Positions 1-8,103 of a stretch of 34,732 nt of DNA are shown here, one piece after another. Position 1 is the stretch's first letter. The number at the start of each line of letters is the position of its first letter. Location of the stretch: positions 1 through 34,732 of the forward strand of contig JAEOTM010000115.1 in NCBI GenBank assembly GCA_016839815.1, read 5' to 3'. The notes below the pieces were generated by a model. It ran no database searches. It saw only the letters and a list, made by a program, of their open reading frames with translations, and was not told the DNA's origin. The DNA comes from Candidatus Hodarchaeota archaeon (GTDB lineage: Archaea > Asgardarchaeota > Heimdallarchaeia > Hodarchaeales > Hodarchaeaceae). The position numbers and the translations under genes were made by a program.

Positions 1-619
1 ACTAACGACTCTTCCCAGAGAGCTAGCTCAATTAAAGTCAGTAGAAGAAATAATTCTTTCAAGAAATCTATTCTCTATTGTGCCAGATTGTTTATTATCT
101 CTATCCTCATTAAAAATTCTTCACCTTGTTGAGAATAAACTTTCTGAATTCCCAGAAGATTTGAGGAAGTGGGGTAACTTACGAGAACTCGGCCTTACGA
201 AGAATGATTTACTCCAGCTTCCTGAATCATTTGGGGATTTAACTGGGTTGGTTGAACTCTCAATGTCAAAAAATCAAATTCCAGTCTTACCAGCCAACTT
301 TACTAAGTTAAAAAAGCTAAAATTCTTCTTTGCGTACTCCTGCTCAATTCATTCCTTACCCGATAACTTTGGTGATCTTAAAGCTCTTGAAAAGCTTGAT
401 CTAAGTATCAATGAACTACATGAGCTCCCAAAAACAATAGGACAATTACCCAGACTCAAGAACATTGATGTACAACAAAACCAGCTTACATCAATTCCAG
501 AAACGCTTCTGTCACTACCCTCTCTAAGATATCTGAATTTAACGAAAAACCCATTATCTACATATACTCGAACCCAAATCATGTCACGATCACTAGAAAA
601 AGTAAAGATTTTACTCTAA
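1..619 (+). CDS. Leucine-rich repeat protein (5'-truncated by window edge)
   Basis: Repeating 23-aa LxxLxxLxLxxNxLxxLPxx units (e.g. LKALEKLDLSINELHELPKTIG). The frame is open from base 2 (LTTLPRELAQLKSVEEIILSRNLFSIVPD), so the true start lies left of the window rather than at 80. Confidence 0.92.
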   Translation, partial: LTTLPRELAQLKSVEEIILSRNLFSIVPDCLLSLSSLKILHLVENKLSEFPEDLRKWGNLRELGLTKNDLLQLPESFGDLTGLVELSMSKNQIPVLPANFTKLKKLKFFFAYSCSIHSLPDNFGDLKALEKLDLSINELHELPKTIGQLPRLKNIDVQQNQLTSIPETLLSLPSLRYLNLTKNPLSTYTRTQIMSRSLEKVKILL

Positions 620-642
620 CTCATAAAACAAAGGGCTTATCT

Positions 643-1488
643 ATGCTTATCCCCATTTTCATTGCATTAATTGGAACGATCATCCTTAATATTGGCTTTG
701 TTCTCCAAAAAAGTGAAGCATCACAATTGCCTTCCTTTACACCAACAGATATTAAACTCAAGCTGCAACAAATAGTCACCTGCAGAAAATGGATACTTGG
801 TACGACTTTAACGACTACTGGTTGGTTATTCTTTCTGATCGCAATTGCTGTAGCACCGTTAACTGTAATAGCCCCCTTAAGTAATGCAGGAGTGGTTGTT
901 CTTGCAGGAATTGCCTATTTTTATTTACAGGAATCTTTGCATGTGTATGAGTGGATGGGATTTATTGCTATTCTACTCGGAGTTGTCTTCATACCTATCT
1001 TTTCTACATCGAAGCAAGTTGATATAAAAGAGTTAGATGCAGTATTACTCTTGTTAATGACTAGTATTTTTATAGTTGGTATGATATTCCTTGTTATTTG
1101 TCAAAAACTTTTATTTCCCCTTAAAAATGGGAGTGTACTAGGAATTTTATCAGGAATAACGGCTGGTATGGGTTCTGCGTTTACTAAGATGATTTCTTTT
1201 GTGATTGATGAATTTATTTTGTTGGTAATGACATTGATCTTAGTTGGAATATTTCAGATTCTCTCATTCATCACCCTGCAGACAGCATTTCAACAAGAAC
1301 GTGCCACAATTATTGTCCCTCTGTTTAACAGCTTCGCTACTCTTCTTCCCCTAATTTACGGAATACTTATCTTTTCAGAGGTTGTTCCGATTGGTCAAAT
1401 GCTTGGGATAATTATGATCGTGTTGGGAGCTTCCGCGTTGTTCCAATTTAGTGGAGAGGATTTTAGCAAGAAATTACAAGGAGAATGA
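643..1488 (+). CDS. DMT-superfamily transporter, NIPA/Mg2+-transporter-like
   Basis: About 9 hydrophobic segments. Motifs GFVLQK, APLTVIAPL, YFYLQESL and IIVPLF...GILIFSE match the DMT/NIPA pattern. Substrate not determinable. Confidence 0.75.
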   Translation: MLIPIFIALIGTIILNIGFVLQKSEASQLPSFTPTDIKLKLQQIVTCRKWILGTTLTTTGWLFFLIAIAVAPLTVIAPLSNAGVVVLAGIAYFYLQESLHVYEWMGFIAILLGVVFIPIFSTSKQVDIKELDAVLLLLMTSIFIVGMIFLVICQKLLFPLKNGSVLGILSGITAGMGSAFTKMISFVIDEFILLVMTLILVGIFQILSFITLQTAFQQERATIIVPLFNSFATLLPLIYGILIFSEVVPIGQMLGIIMIVLGASALFQFSGEDFSKKLQGE

Positions 1489-1491
1489 CTG

Positions 1492-2343
1492 ATGCCTGAA
1501 GGACCTGAAGTTGAGGCTGTTCGTAGAGAACTATTACAACTACAAAATCAAGAAATTGACAAAATCACTTTCACCCCTCTGTCACAAAAGTACCCAAAGT
1601 ATCAAGGAAAAGAGCATGAATTTTCCCATTTCTCATCTCAAAAAACCAGAGATATTCATCGATTTAACAAATTTCTCGTTTGGGAGTTTGAGAACGAACC
1701 AGTTATTCTGAATCACCTTGGTATGACTGGTCGTTGGACAATGATCAAATCATTAAAAGAAATTGAGAACAAAACCACTCATCCCAAAGTTATCGTGAGA
1801 ATGAAAAGTCCTCCACATGCAGTCTTTGATGATAGTCGAAATTTTGGACAATTCAGAACCTTTCCATCGATGGAAGAGATAAAAAAATATCCTCCAATCA
1901 AAAAATTAGGAATAGATGGATTAACCGATCCTTTTCCTCTCGAGGAATACTTAACGAGACTTGGGGAACAACGTTTTCAACAAAAACAGATCGGAGATTT
2001 ATTAATGGACGCTCGATTAGTTTCAGGTATCGGAAATATCTACAAAGCAGAATCACTGTATGAAGCAAAAATTCATCCTGAACGGAAAGTGTCTACATTA
2101 TCTGAAGAGGAGGCTGAATTATTAGGAAAATCAATATCAAAAACACTTCTCAGAGCATTTCATGATAAAGGAAGTTCATTCGATGCAAGGTATAGACTCC
2201 CATCAGGTGAGGAAGGACAAGCTCAACGCTGGCATAAAGTATATCAAAGATTAGATGAATCTTGTCCTGAATGTAACACGAAAATTGAGAAAATTATCCA
2301 GAATAATCGAAGTACCTATTACTGCCCCACTTGCCAAAAATAA
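1492..2343 (+). CDS. mutM: Fpg/Nei family DNA glycosylase/AP lyase
   Basis: N-terminal catalytic PEGPEV, HLGMTG, DSRNFG, H2TH motif GIGNIYKAESLY and a C-terminal C4 zinc finger (CPEC...RSTYYCPTCQ). Starts 3 nt after the DMT stop. Confidence 0.92.
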   Translation: MPEGPEVEAVRRELLQLQNQEIDKITFTPLSQKYPKYQGKEHEFSHFSSQKTRDIHRFNKFLVWEFENEPVILNHLGMTGRWTMIKSLKEIENKTTHPKVIVRMKSPPHAVFDDSRNFGQFRTFPSMEEIKKYPPIKKLGIDGLTDPFPLEEYLTRLGEQRFQQKQIGDLLMDARLVSGIGNIYKAESLYEAKIHPERKVSTLSEEEAELLGKSISKTLLRAFHDKGSSFDARYRLPSGEEGQAQRWHKVYQRLDESCPECNTKIEKIIQNNRSTYYCPTCQK

Positions 2344-2360
2344 GATGAAAACATTCACGA

Positions 2361-2401
2361 AATAATAAAGAAAAGGATTTTGAAGATGATTTCATCAAAA
2401 T
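2361..2401 (-). terminator. Possible terminator between convergent mutM and HMG-CoA synthase
   Basis: Inverted repeat ATTTTGA...TCAAAAT (2377-2401) followed on the minus strand by CCTTTTCTTTATTATT. Confidence 0.35.
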
Positions 2402-2424
2402 AACCTAGAATCGTGGGTTACTAC

Positions 2425-4104
2425 TTAATTTGATTTAAAATCCCTGCGTAAATGAGTAAACATAGGGACATACAAAAGAGGAACCCAATCTTTGGGATTA
2501 GGTCTCCAGCGACCAACAACGGCCTTAACTTCTTCGCCTTCAGTGAAGTTACAGATTTTAGGATTGTAATTGAAACCTCTTACCATACCTTGGTCAAACA
2601 TAGCCCAGTAGGGATTTCCTGGTTGACCTGCAGCTTTCTTCACATTCGGACCATAGAAGTGTACATTTGTGATTTTTGCTCGTTTTGGAATTTTAGCAGT
2701 CTCTAATTCTTCTCCACAAATTCGTTTGGCATCAGAACTATCCTTCTTAATTCCACGTAAACATTTCCCCTTGAGCTGTTCAAATTTCCGAGGAGGAGCA
2801 AAATCTGGAAAATTCTCTTTACTCCAGCTATCACCAAAATAGACTGCTCCACATTTGGGGCAGCCTTCAACTTCATAATAATCTTCTGAGATAGGTTCAT
2901 ATTCAATCAGAGCAATATGTTTAGCAGCGTTATCGGGGTTATCACGGAATTTAATATAATCATCAACAGATATTTTTTGCTTATATTCAATCTGTTCCTG
3001 AACAGTAGGTACACCATTATTCGCCGATTTTGAACCATTTTGTTTAACATTAATACTAATGACATCAGAACCAGCACCAGAACCATAAAGCACGGTCATA
3101 ATTTCTTCACCTTTCTTGGCTCTTTCAATGGCGTCACACAGTGCAGTGGGAACAGTAGCCGAGTATCCATTGGCAATATTCGGGGCGAGATTTGAAACTT
3201 TTACCTCGGGTTTGATGCCCAGCATACGTCCGTCATCATCAAATTCTTTTTTCGCAAGTGTGACACCAAAATGGTTGGAGACATCAAGCAGAGCTTCATT
3301 GGGGAATGAACCATTAGGACTATGAATAACCCATGTTTTATTGGGAAGACAGGTAGGATCAATATCATACCTTTCCACATGCTTTTTTACGGCAGATAAA
3401 ATCATTCCACGAAAAGCTAAACTTGTACCTTGACCCTCATGTTCGGGAAAACTCATTCCTTCTTTTCTAACGAAATCGGAGAAGTCATAGTTTACTGAAG
3501 TGCGGCCTTTTATTTCAGCGATTCCATCATCTTTACCTAAAATTATCGTGGTTGAATAAAAGGAGGCAGAAAATTCTAGATCATCACCAGGAGCTCCCTG
3601 TGAAGCATCAGTTGCCGTAATAGCTACATATCTGCATCGATCAGCATCGATCAAGGCTGCACCAATTTCTAAAAATTCCCCGAAGGGCTTACATGCAAAT
3701 TCTCCTCGAACACCAAAACGTATATTCGTCAAACCTGCTTTTCCAGCAATAGCGGTGGATGATTTTACAGCATAAGGATAAGATTCAGAAACAACGAACA
3801 ACGCATCAATTTGAGTAGGATCAATATCAGCGCGTTTAACAGCATAATTTAAACTCCTAATGCCTGCAGTTAAAGCATCTTCATTCGGTCCAGGGACAAT
3901 TTTTTCTCTTAATAAGAGACGTTGATTGTAAACCCACCGAACAGAACGTAGTGCTTTTCCTCTGAAACGGTTAACCGTGTCTTTCATCATACGCAATGCG
4001 GTTTTATAATGCAATTGCGACATTGAATGATAATGATCAACTAACTCCTCTATTTCCAGCCGATTAGCAGGAATGAATGAAGCGATTGATTTAATTTCAG
4101 CCAT
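2425..4104 (-). CDS. Archaeal-type hydroxymethylglutaryl-CoA synthase fused to C-terminal DUF35-like (Zn-ribbon/OB-fold) domain
   Basis: Archaeal HMGS signatures EKIVPGPNED, SESYPYAVK (catalytic Glu), EFACK (catalytic Cys), QGAPGDDLE, HSPNG (His) and GSGAGSD. The extra ~155-aa C-terminus has CPKCGAVYF...PPR...C...CGEELE followed by beta-rich sequence. Confidence 0.85.
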   Translation of the reverse strand: MAEIKSIASFIPANRLEIEELVDHYHSMSQLHYKTALRMMKDTVNRFRGKALRSVRWVYNQRLLLREKIVPGPNEDALTAGIRSLNYAVKRADIDPTQIDALFVVSESYPYAVKSSTAIAGKAGLTNIRFGVRGEFACKPFGEFLEIGAALIDADRCRYVAITATDASQGAPGDDLEFSASFYSTTIILGKDDGIAEIKGRTSVNYDFSDFVRKEGMSFPEHEGQGTSLAFRGMILSAVKKHVERYDIDPTCLPNKTWVIHSPNGSFPNEALLDVSNHFGVTLAKKEFDDDGRMLGIKPEVKVSNLAPNIANGYSATVPTALCDAIERAKKGEEIMTVLYGSGAGSDVISINVKQNGSKSANNGVPTVQEQIEYKQKISVDDYIKFRDNPDNAAKHIALIEYEPISEDYYEVEGCPKCGAVYFGDSWSKENFPDFAPPRKFEQLKGKCLRGIKKDSSDAKRICGEELETAKIPKRAKITNVHFYGPNVKKAAGQPGNPYWAMFDQGMVRGFNYNPKICNFTEGEEVKAVVGRWRPNPKDWVPLLYVPMFTHLRRDFKSN

Positions 4105-4125
4105 AAGCTACAAATCCAAATTCAT

Positions 4126-4224
4126 TTACATGACATAAAAAATTCTTATATTAGGTTGTGTGTGTACTTTTATTTCGATCCGAGTGGCAGGAAAAAACGA
4201 GGCGGTCGATTTCATCTCAGCCAT
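4126..4224 (-). other. 32-codon upstream ORF whose first 18 codons are a diverged copy of the HMGS N-terminus
   Basis: Hand translation MAEMKSTASFFPATRIEIKVHTQPNIRIFYVM* versus HMGS MAEIKSIASFIPANRLEI gives 13/18 identical residues. The ATG is exactly 120 nt upstream of the HMGS ATG. Confidence 0.8.
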
Positions 4225-4614
4225 TGGATTAACTTTCCAGAGTATTTACCTATACCAAAGTGCAACAAATATAATACTGTCAGAGACAACAATAGTTGCT
4301 GTTCTTCGGAATTAAAATTTCTTTAAATTCTTATTTAATGGTTTCTAGTAAGTTTTCTCCGACAAAACATCGAAATGGGTATGTGCACTGGGTAGACAAT
4401 TAATAGTTTGGTTCACTACTCGAAAATTATTTCCAAATAATATGAAAAGCTCTTAAACAATTCAGTGGTTGACGGTAAGATTTAACATTAAATCAACACA
4501 TGAAATCCAAAGTAATTGTGTAATTTATTACTAAAAGTGGAAAAGACCCTAAGAAATATCCAAGAAAGTGAAAAGTTTCTTGAAATCGGAGATCTAATCA
4601 GAGATCGAGGAAAA

Positions 4615-5601
4615 TTAAACACTTTTTTGAGCAAGAATTCGAACATTTCTACTAGTGATATCTGGATCCATGAATCTTGTAAACTTCAGAATATGAAAAC
4701 CACTGCTTCTAATCACATTTTGTAGATCATTGATTGTTTCTTCTGCAATATCATAAAATGTGTCGCGTGAGTAATCATAAGCACCTATAGTAATGAAAAA
4801 ATACCCTAGAGGTTTGAGTATTTGTTGAATCGAATTAAACAACGATTTAAACTCTTGGATGGTATTCTTCTCACTAACAAAGATAGCTAGAATTGAGGTG
4901 ACCCCATCAAAGGAACTTGGAGGAAGCTTATGTAAATCTACAAAAAAATTACCCTTTACAAATGTAACGAGATACCGAAACTTCACTTCATCTTCCGTCA
5001 TATCAAACCTATCGAATGTTGTAACTTTAAAACCTGATTTAACTAAGAACTTTACCATCCCAGATGTATCACCTCCAGATCCAAGATCCGCAATAGAGGC
5101 GTTTTTTGGTAGTAATGGGTTCAGCTCGCTGTAATCCAATAATTCTGTATAGGTGCGTTGTCTGCCACTGTAAACCCACTCCTCATATTTGAGGAACAAT
5201 TTGACCGAAATTCTTAAGAAATCAGTTAATTCCCAAACCTCGATATTATTTTTCTGTAACGTTTTGTGCTCTCGGTGGGAGAATGATTGATACACCTTTT
5301 CTTTGAGGATTAATAACTTTTTGCAGTTTGTAAAACTGTTATCACGAAAATTTTGGAGGATTATATCTACCAATGTTTTTCGATGGGCGTAACAGTATCC
5401 AATGCAGTATCTAGTTCGTCGGTCACTCCGTTTCCGTGTGACACTAATGAGAAATAAAGGATCATTCGTAGGGGGCGTTGAATACCAACTGGTGAGACCT
5501 AGAGAGGTAACTAAATGGATCATCCCTCTCTCTGCTTTTCTTTTACGGCCTGAAAAGAATTCTTTTTTCCAATATTCGATGTAATGTTCTTCTGAGTGCA
5601 T
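4615..5601 (-). CDS. Class I SAM-dependent methyltransferase with extra N-terminal domain
   Basis: Motif I IADLGSGG, VTTFD, FVKGNF, SFDGVTS and ILKPLGYFFI in the C-terminal ~170 aa. The N-terminal ~140 aa is unassigned. Confidence 0.8.
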   Translation of the reverse strand: MHSEEHYIEYWKKEFFSGRKRKAERGMIHLVTSLGLTSWYSTPPTNDPLFLISVTRKRSDRRTRYCIGYCYAHRKTLVDIILQNFRDNSFTNCKKLLILKEKVYQSFSHREHKTLQKNNIEVWELTDFLRISVKLFLKYEEWVYSGRQRTYTELLDYSELNPLLPKNASIADLGSGGDTSGMVKFLVKSGFKVTTFDRFDMTEDEVKFRYLVTFVKGNFFVDLHKLPPSSFDGVTSILAIFVSEKNTIQEFKSLFNSIQQILKPLGYFFITIGAYDYSRDTFYDIAEETINDLQNVIRSSGFHILKFTRFMDPDITSRNVRILAQKSV

Positions 5602-5692
5602 TGCTTGCTTCCTGAAGAGAGATTTAGTGATTTAATCCAATTTTGATCTAGTAGTGAACGTTTTCTCCATTAATTGCCTTTAATGGTAGATT

Positions 5693-6775
5693 TCATTCAA
5701 CTGGAACGATCCATCCGTACGGATCTGGTATTTTCCCATATTGGATACCAAGGAGTTTTTCTCTTACTTTTTGTGTAACAGATCCTATTGTAAAGTTATT
5801 CATCACATAATCTACATTTTGATAATAAATACTCCCCACAGGGGCAATAGAGGCAGCTGTGCCTGTACCAAAACTTTCAGTTACCGTTCCATCCTTGATC
5901 CCTTTTATAATATCCTCAATGGCTAATGATTCTTCTTTCACCTTATAACCAATATCTTGCAAGAGCTTTATTGTACAATCGCGTGTAATCCCATGTACAA
6001 TAGTATCCTGCTCAAGAGGAGTCGTATAGACATTATCATTATAGACAAAGAAAATATTCATGGCACCCACTTCTTCTACAAAGCGTCGATGGATAGCATC
6101 AAGCCATAAAACTGCATGAAATCCCTTTTTCTTTGCATTATGCTCTTCTAATAAACTACCCCCATAATTGCCTCCTGTTTTAGCTGAACCCATCCCACCA
6201 GGTGCGGTCCGTATGTATCGCTCACTTACATATATCTTCAGGATTTCAGGAAAATAGGCTTTAGAGGGTAACAGAATAATGAAAAATAAATATTCGTTTG
6301 AAGCTCGCAATCCAATACTTGGTTCTATCCCAATCATCGCAGGACGAATATAAATAGAGGAGCCTACTGATTTAGGAGCCCAATCTTTTTCCAAACGTAA
6401 CAGCTCTTTTAGTCCTGTAAGATAAATATTAGGATCAATTGTGGGCATCATCATTCGTTTTGCAGATAGGTTGAAACGAGCAATATTTTGTTCAGGCCGA
6501 AATAACTGAAGCTGGCCATCTGAAGTGAGAAATGCTTTCTGCCCCTCAAAAATAGTCTGCCCATAATGAAAACAAACAGCAGTCGGATCTAGAACTATTT
6601 TAGAGTATTTTTTTATCGTGAATTCTTGCCAAACTCCATCTTTATATCTAGCTGTGAACATTCGATCAGTTTTAATCTGTCCAAACCCGATATCGTCCTC
6701 AGATTCAAATTTGGGCTTCAGCTCAGAATCAGGAATCATTTCGACATTTATTTGATTTTTTTTCAATCTCCTCAA
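5693..6775 (-). CDS. ilvE: Branched-chain amino acid aminotransferase
   Basis: FHYGQTIFEGQKA, LFRPEQN, YIRP, KTGGNYG (PLP lysine), EEVGAMNIF, GITR and GTAA motifs. Exact start codon uncertain. Confidence 0.95.
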   Translation of the reverse strand: MRRLKKNQINVEMIPDSELKPKFESEDDIGFGQIKTDRMFTARYKDGVWQEFTIKKYSKIVLDPTAVCFHYGQTIFEGQKAFLTSDGQLQLFRPEQNIARFNLSAKRMMMPTIDPNIYLTGLKELLRLEKDWAPKSVGSSIYIRPAMIGIEPSIGLRASNEYLFFIILLPSKAYFPEILKIYVSERYIRTAPGGMGSAKTGGNYGGSLLEEHNAKKKGFHAVLWLDAIHRRFVEEVGAMNIFFVYNDNVYTTPLEQDTIVHGITRDCTIKLLQDIGYKVKEESLAIEDIIKGIKDGTVTESFGTGTAASIAPVGSIYYQNVDYVMNNFTIGSVTQKVREKLLGIQYGKIPDPYGWIVPVE

Positions 6776-7002
6776 CAGGTAGACAGACTAAAGACTATAT
6801 AAATTTACTTCGTCAAGACTTAAGGCTAAAAAAAATCTAAATGTAGTTCCTAAATGATTCAAATTTCGTATGGTGAGTTTTTCGTCGAATTGATATTCAT
6901 TGATACTGCAAAAGGAACAGGAATTCTGATAAATCTCGAATATCAAAATATAATAACTGCAAATTGTTGATATTTTCTTTAAGACGTTCAGGAGTTGAGT
7001 GG

Positions 7003-7278
7003 ATGAGCGATCTGGCCTCTCGAGCAATCAATATATTTGAGGCACTCTTTTCAGATCAAGAAAAAGTCGAATTAGAGGAGGGTTCATATCGTATTGGTAC
7101 TACTCGGGGAGGATTGCGATGTATCACAGTCGATGGAATATTTTATATTGAACAAAATCCTGATAAAGGATCTCGCTGGGCAAAACAAGCGCAAGCGGGA
7201 CACCAAATCATGTGGGGACTAAAAGGACGAGTGTATGTCTTACAAGTGGTTGATGGAGTGTTTAAAAAACTAAGATAA
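7003..7278 (+). CDS. Small hypothetical protein (EQNPxKxSRWA motif)
   Basis: ATG at 7003 preceded by GGAG, preferred over the 6964 start. Globular-looking 91-aa sequence, function unknown. Confidence 0.7.
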   Translation: MSDLASRAINIFEALFSDQEKVELEEGSYRIGTTRGGLRCITVDGIFYIEQNPDKGSRWAKQAQAGHQIMWGLKGRVYVLQVVDGVFKKLR

Positions 7279-7338
7279 ATCTAGCTAGATGGACTATCTA
7301 TTATTATAATAAGGAATATTGAGAAGGAAATTGGGACA

Positions 7339-8034
7339 ATGAGAATCACATTGATAGCAGATACACACACTTTGCATAACAAACTGGAATTACCAGGAGG
7401 AAATATGTTGATTCATGCGGGTGATATAATGGATAGTGGTTATGATCAAGCGGAAATACTAGAGTTTTGTAAATGGTTCTCAGTTCAAAAGTACGAGACA
7501 CTTATATTCATTGCAGGGAATCATGACCTTAAATTTGAGAATCAATTAGAAGATGTTAAACAAATCATTCAATTATTTCAGAACATAACATATTTACAGG
7601 ATGAAGAGCTAGTAATTGGGGAAGGTGAAAACATAGAATCTCCTATTACAATCTATGGAAGTCCTTGGCAACCAGAATTTTTTGATTGGGCATTTAATTT
7701 ACCAAGAGGTGGGATAGAATTAAAAGCTAAATGGGAGGCGATTCCAGACAATACGGATATACTAATTACTCATGGGCCACCACAAGACTACTTGGATGTT
7801 AGTGGACCTCCGTACAATGAACCACAGTTAGGTTGCGAAATATTGAAAATAAGAATAGAGAAAATTAGACCGAAGATTCATGTCTTTGGACATATTCATG
7901 GTGGATATGGATATAAGTTCGTCAATGGGACACATTTCTTTAATGCATCAGTCTTAAATGAACAATATCGACCAGTCAATAAACCTATCACTATCGAGTG
8001 GAATCGTGCATCAAACGAAATTAAAATTATATAA
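7339..8034 (+). CDS. Metallophosphoesterase, MPPED/239FB-like
   Basis: Calcineurin-like motifs DTH, HAGD, GNHD, THGPP, GHIH, plus family-typical YGSPWQP, GCE and NAS. Confidence 0.9.
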   Translation: MRITLIADTHTLHNKLELPGGNMLIHAGDIMDSGYDQAEILEFCKWFSVQKYETLIFIAGNHDLKFENQLEDVKQIIQLFQNITYLQDEELVIGEGENIESPITIYGSPWQPEFFDWAFNLPRGGIELKAKWEAIPDNTDILITHGPPQDYLDVSGPPYNEPQLGCEILKIRIEKIRPKIHVFGHIHGGYGYKFVNGTHFFNASVLNEQYRPVNKPITIEWNRASNEIKII

Positions 8035-8040
8035 CACTGG

Positions 8041-8086
8041 AAAGAAAAAAACACCATCCAAAAGACGATTGATATCTTTTGAATGG
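8041..8086 (-). terminator. Intrinsic terminator-like hairpin plus T-tract for the giant surface-protein operon
   Basis: Minus strand reads CCATTCAAAAGA-9 nt-TCTTTTGGATGG (12-bp stem with one G:U) then TGTTTTTTTCTTT, starting 17 nt after the stop at 8104. Confidence 0.65.
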
Positions 8087-8103
8087 CTAGAGTTCACCTA
8101 TAG

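Noticed and set aside
4225-4614. Long intergenic stretch as an ncRNA or additional gene (incl. ORF 4516-4725)
   Set aside because: No convincing structure, repeat or protein motif found by eye. A decayed gene cannot be excluded without a search.
7279-7312. Short palindromes ATCTAGCTAGAT and TTATTATAATAA
   Set aside because: Short and AT-rich. Compatible with chance or an ordinary promoter/terminator, with no further support.
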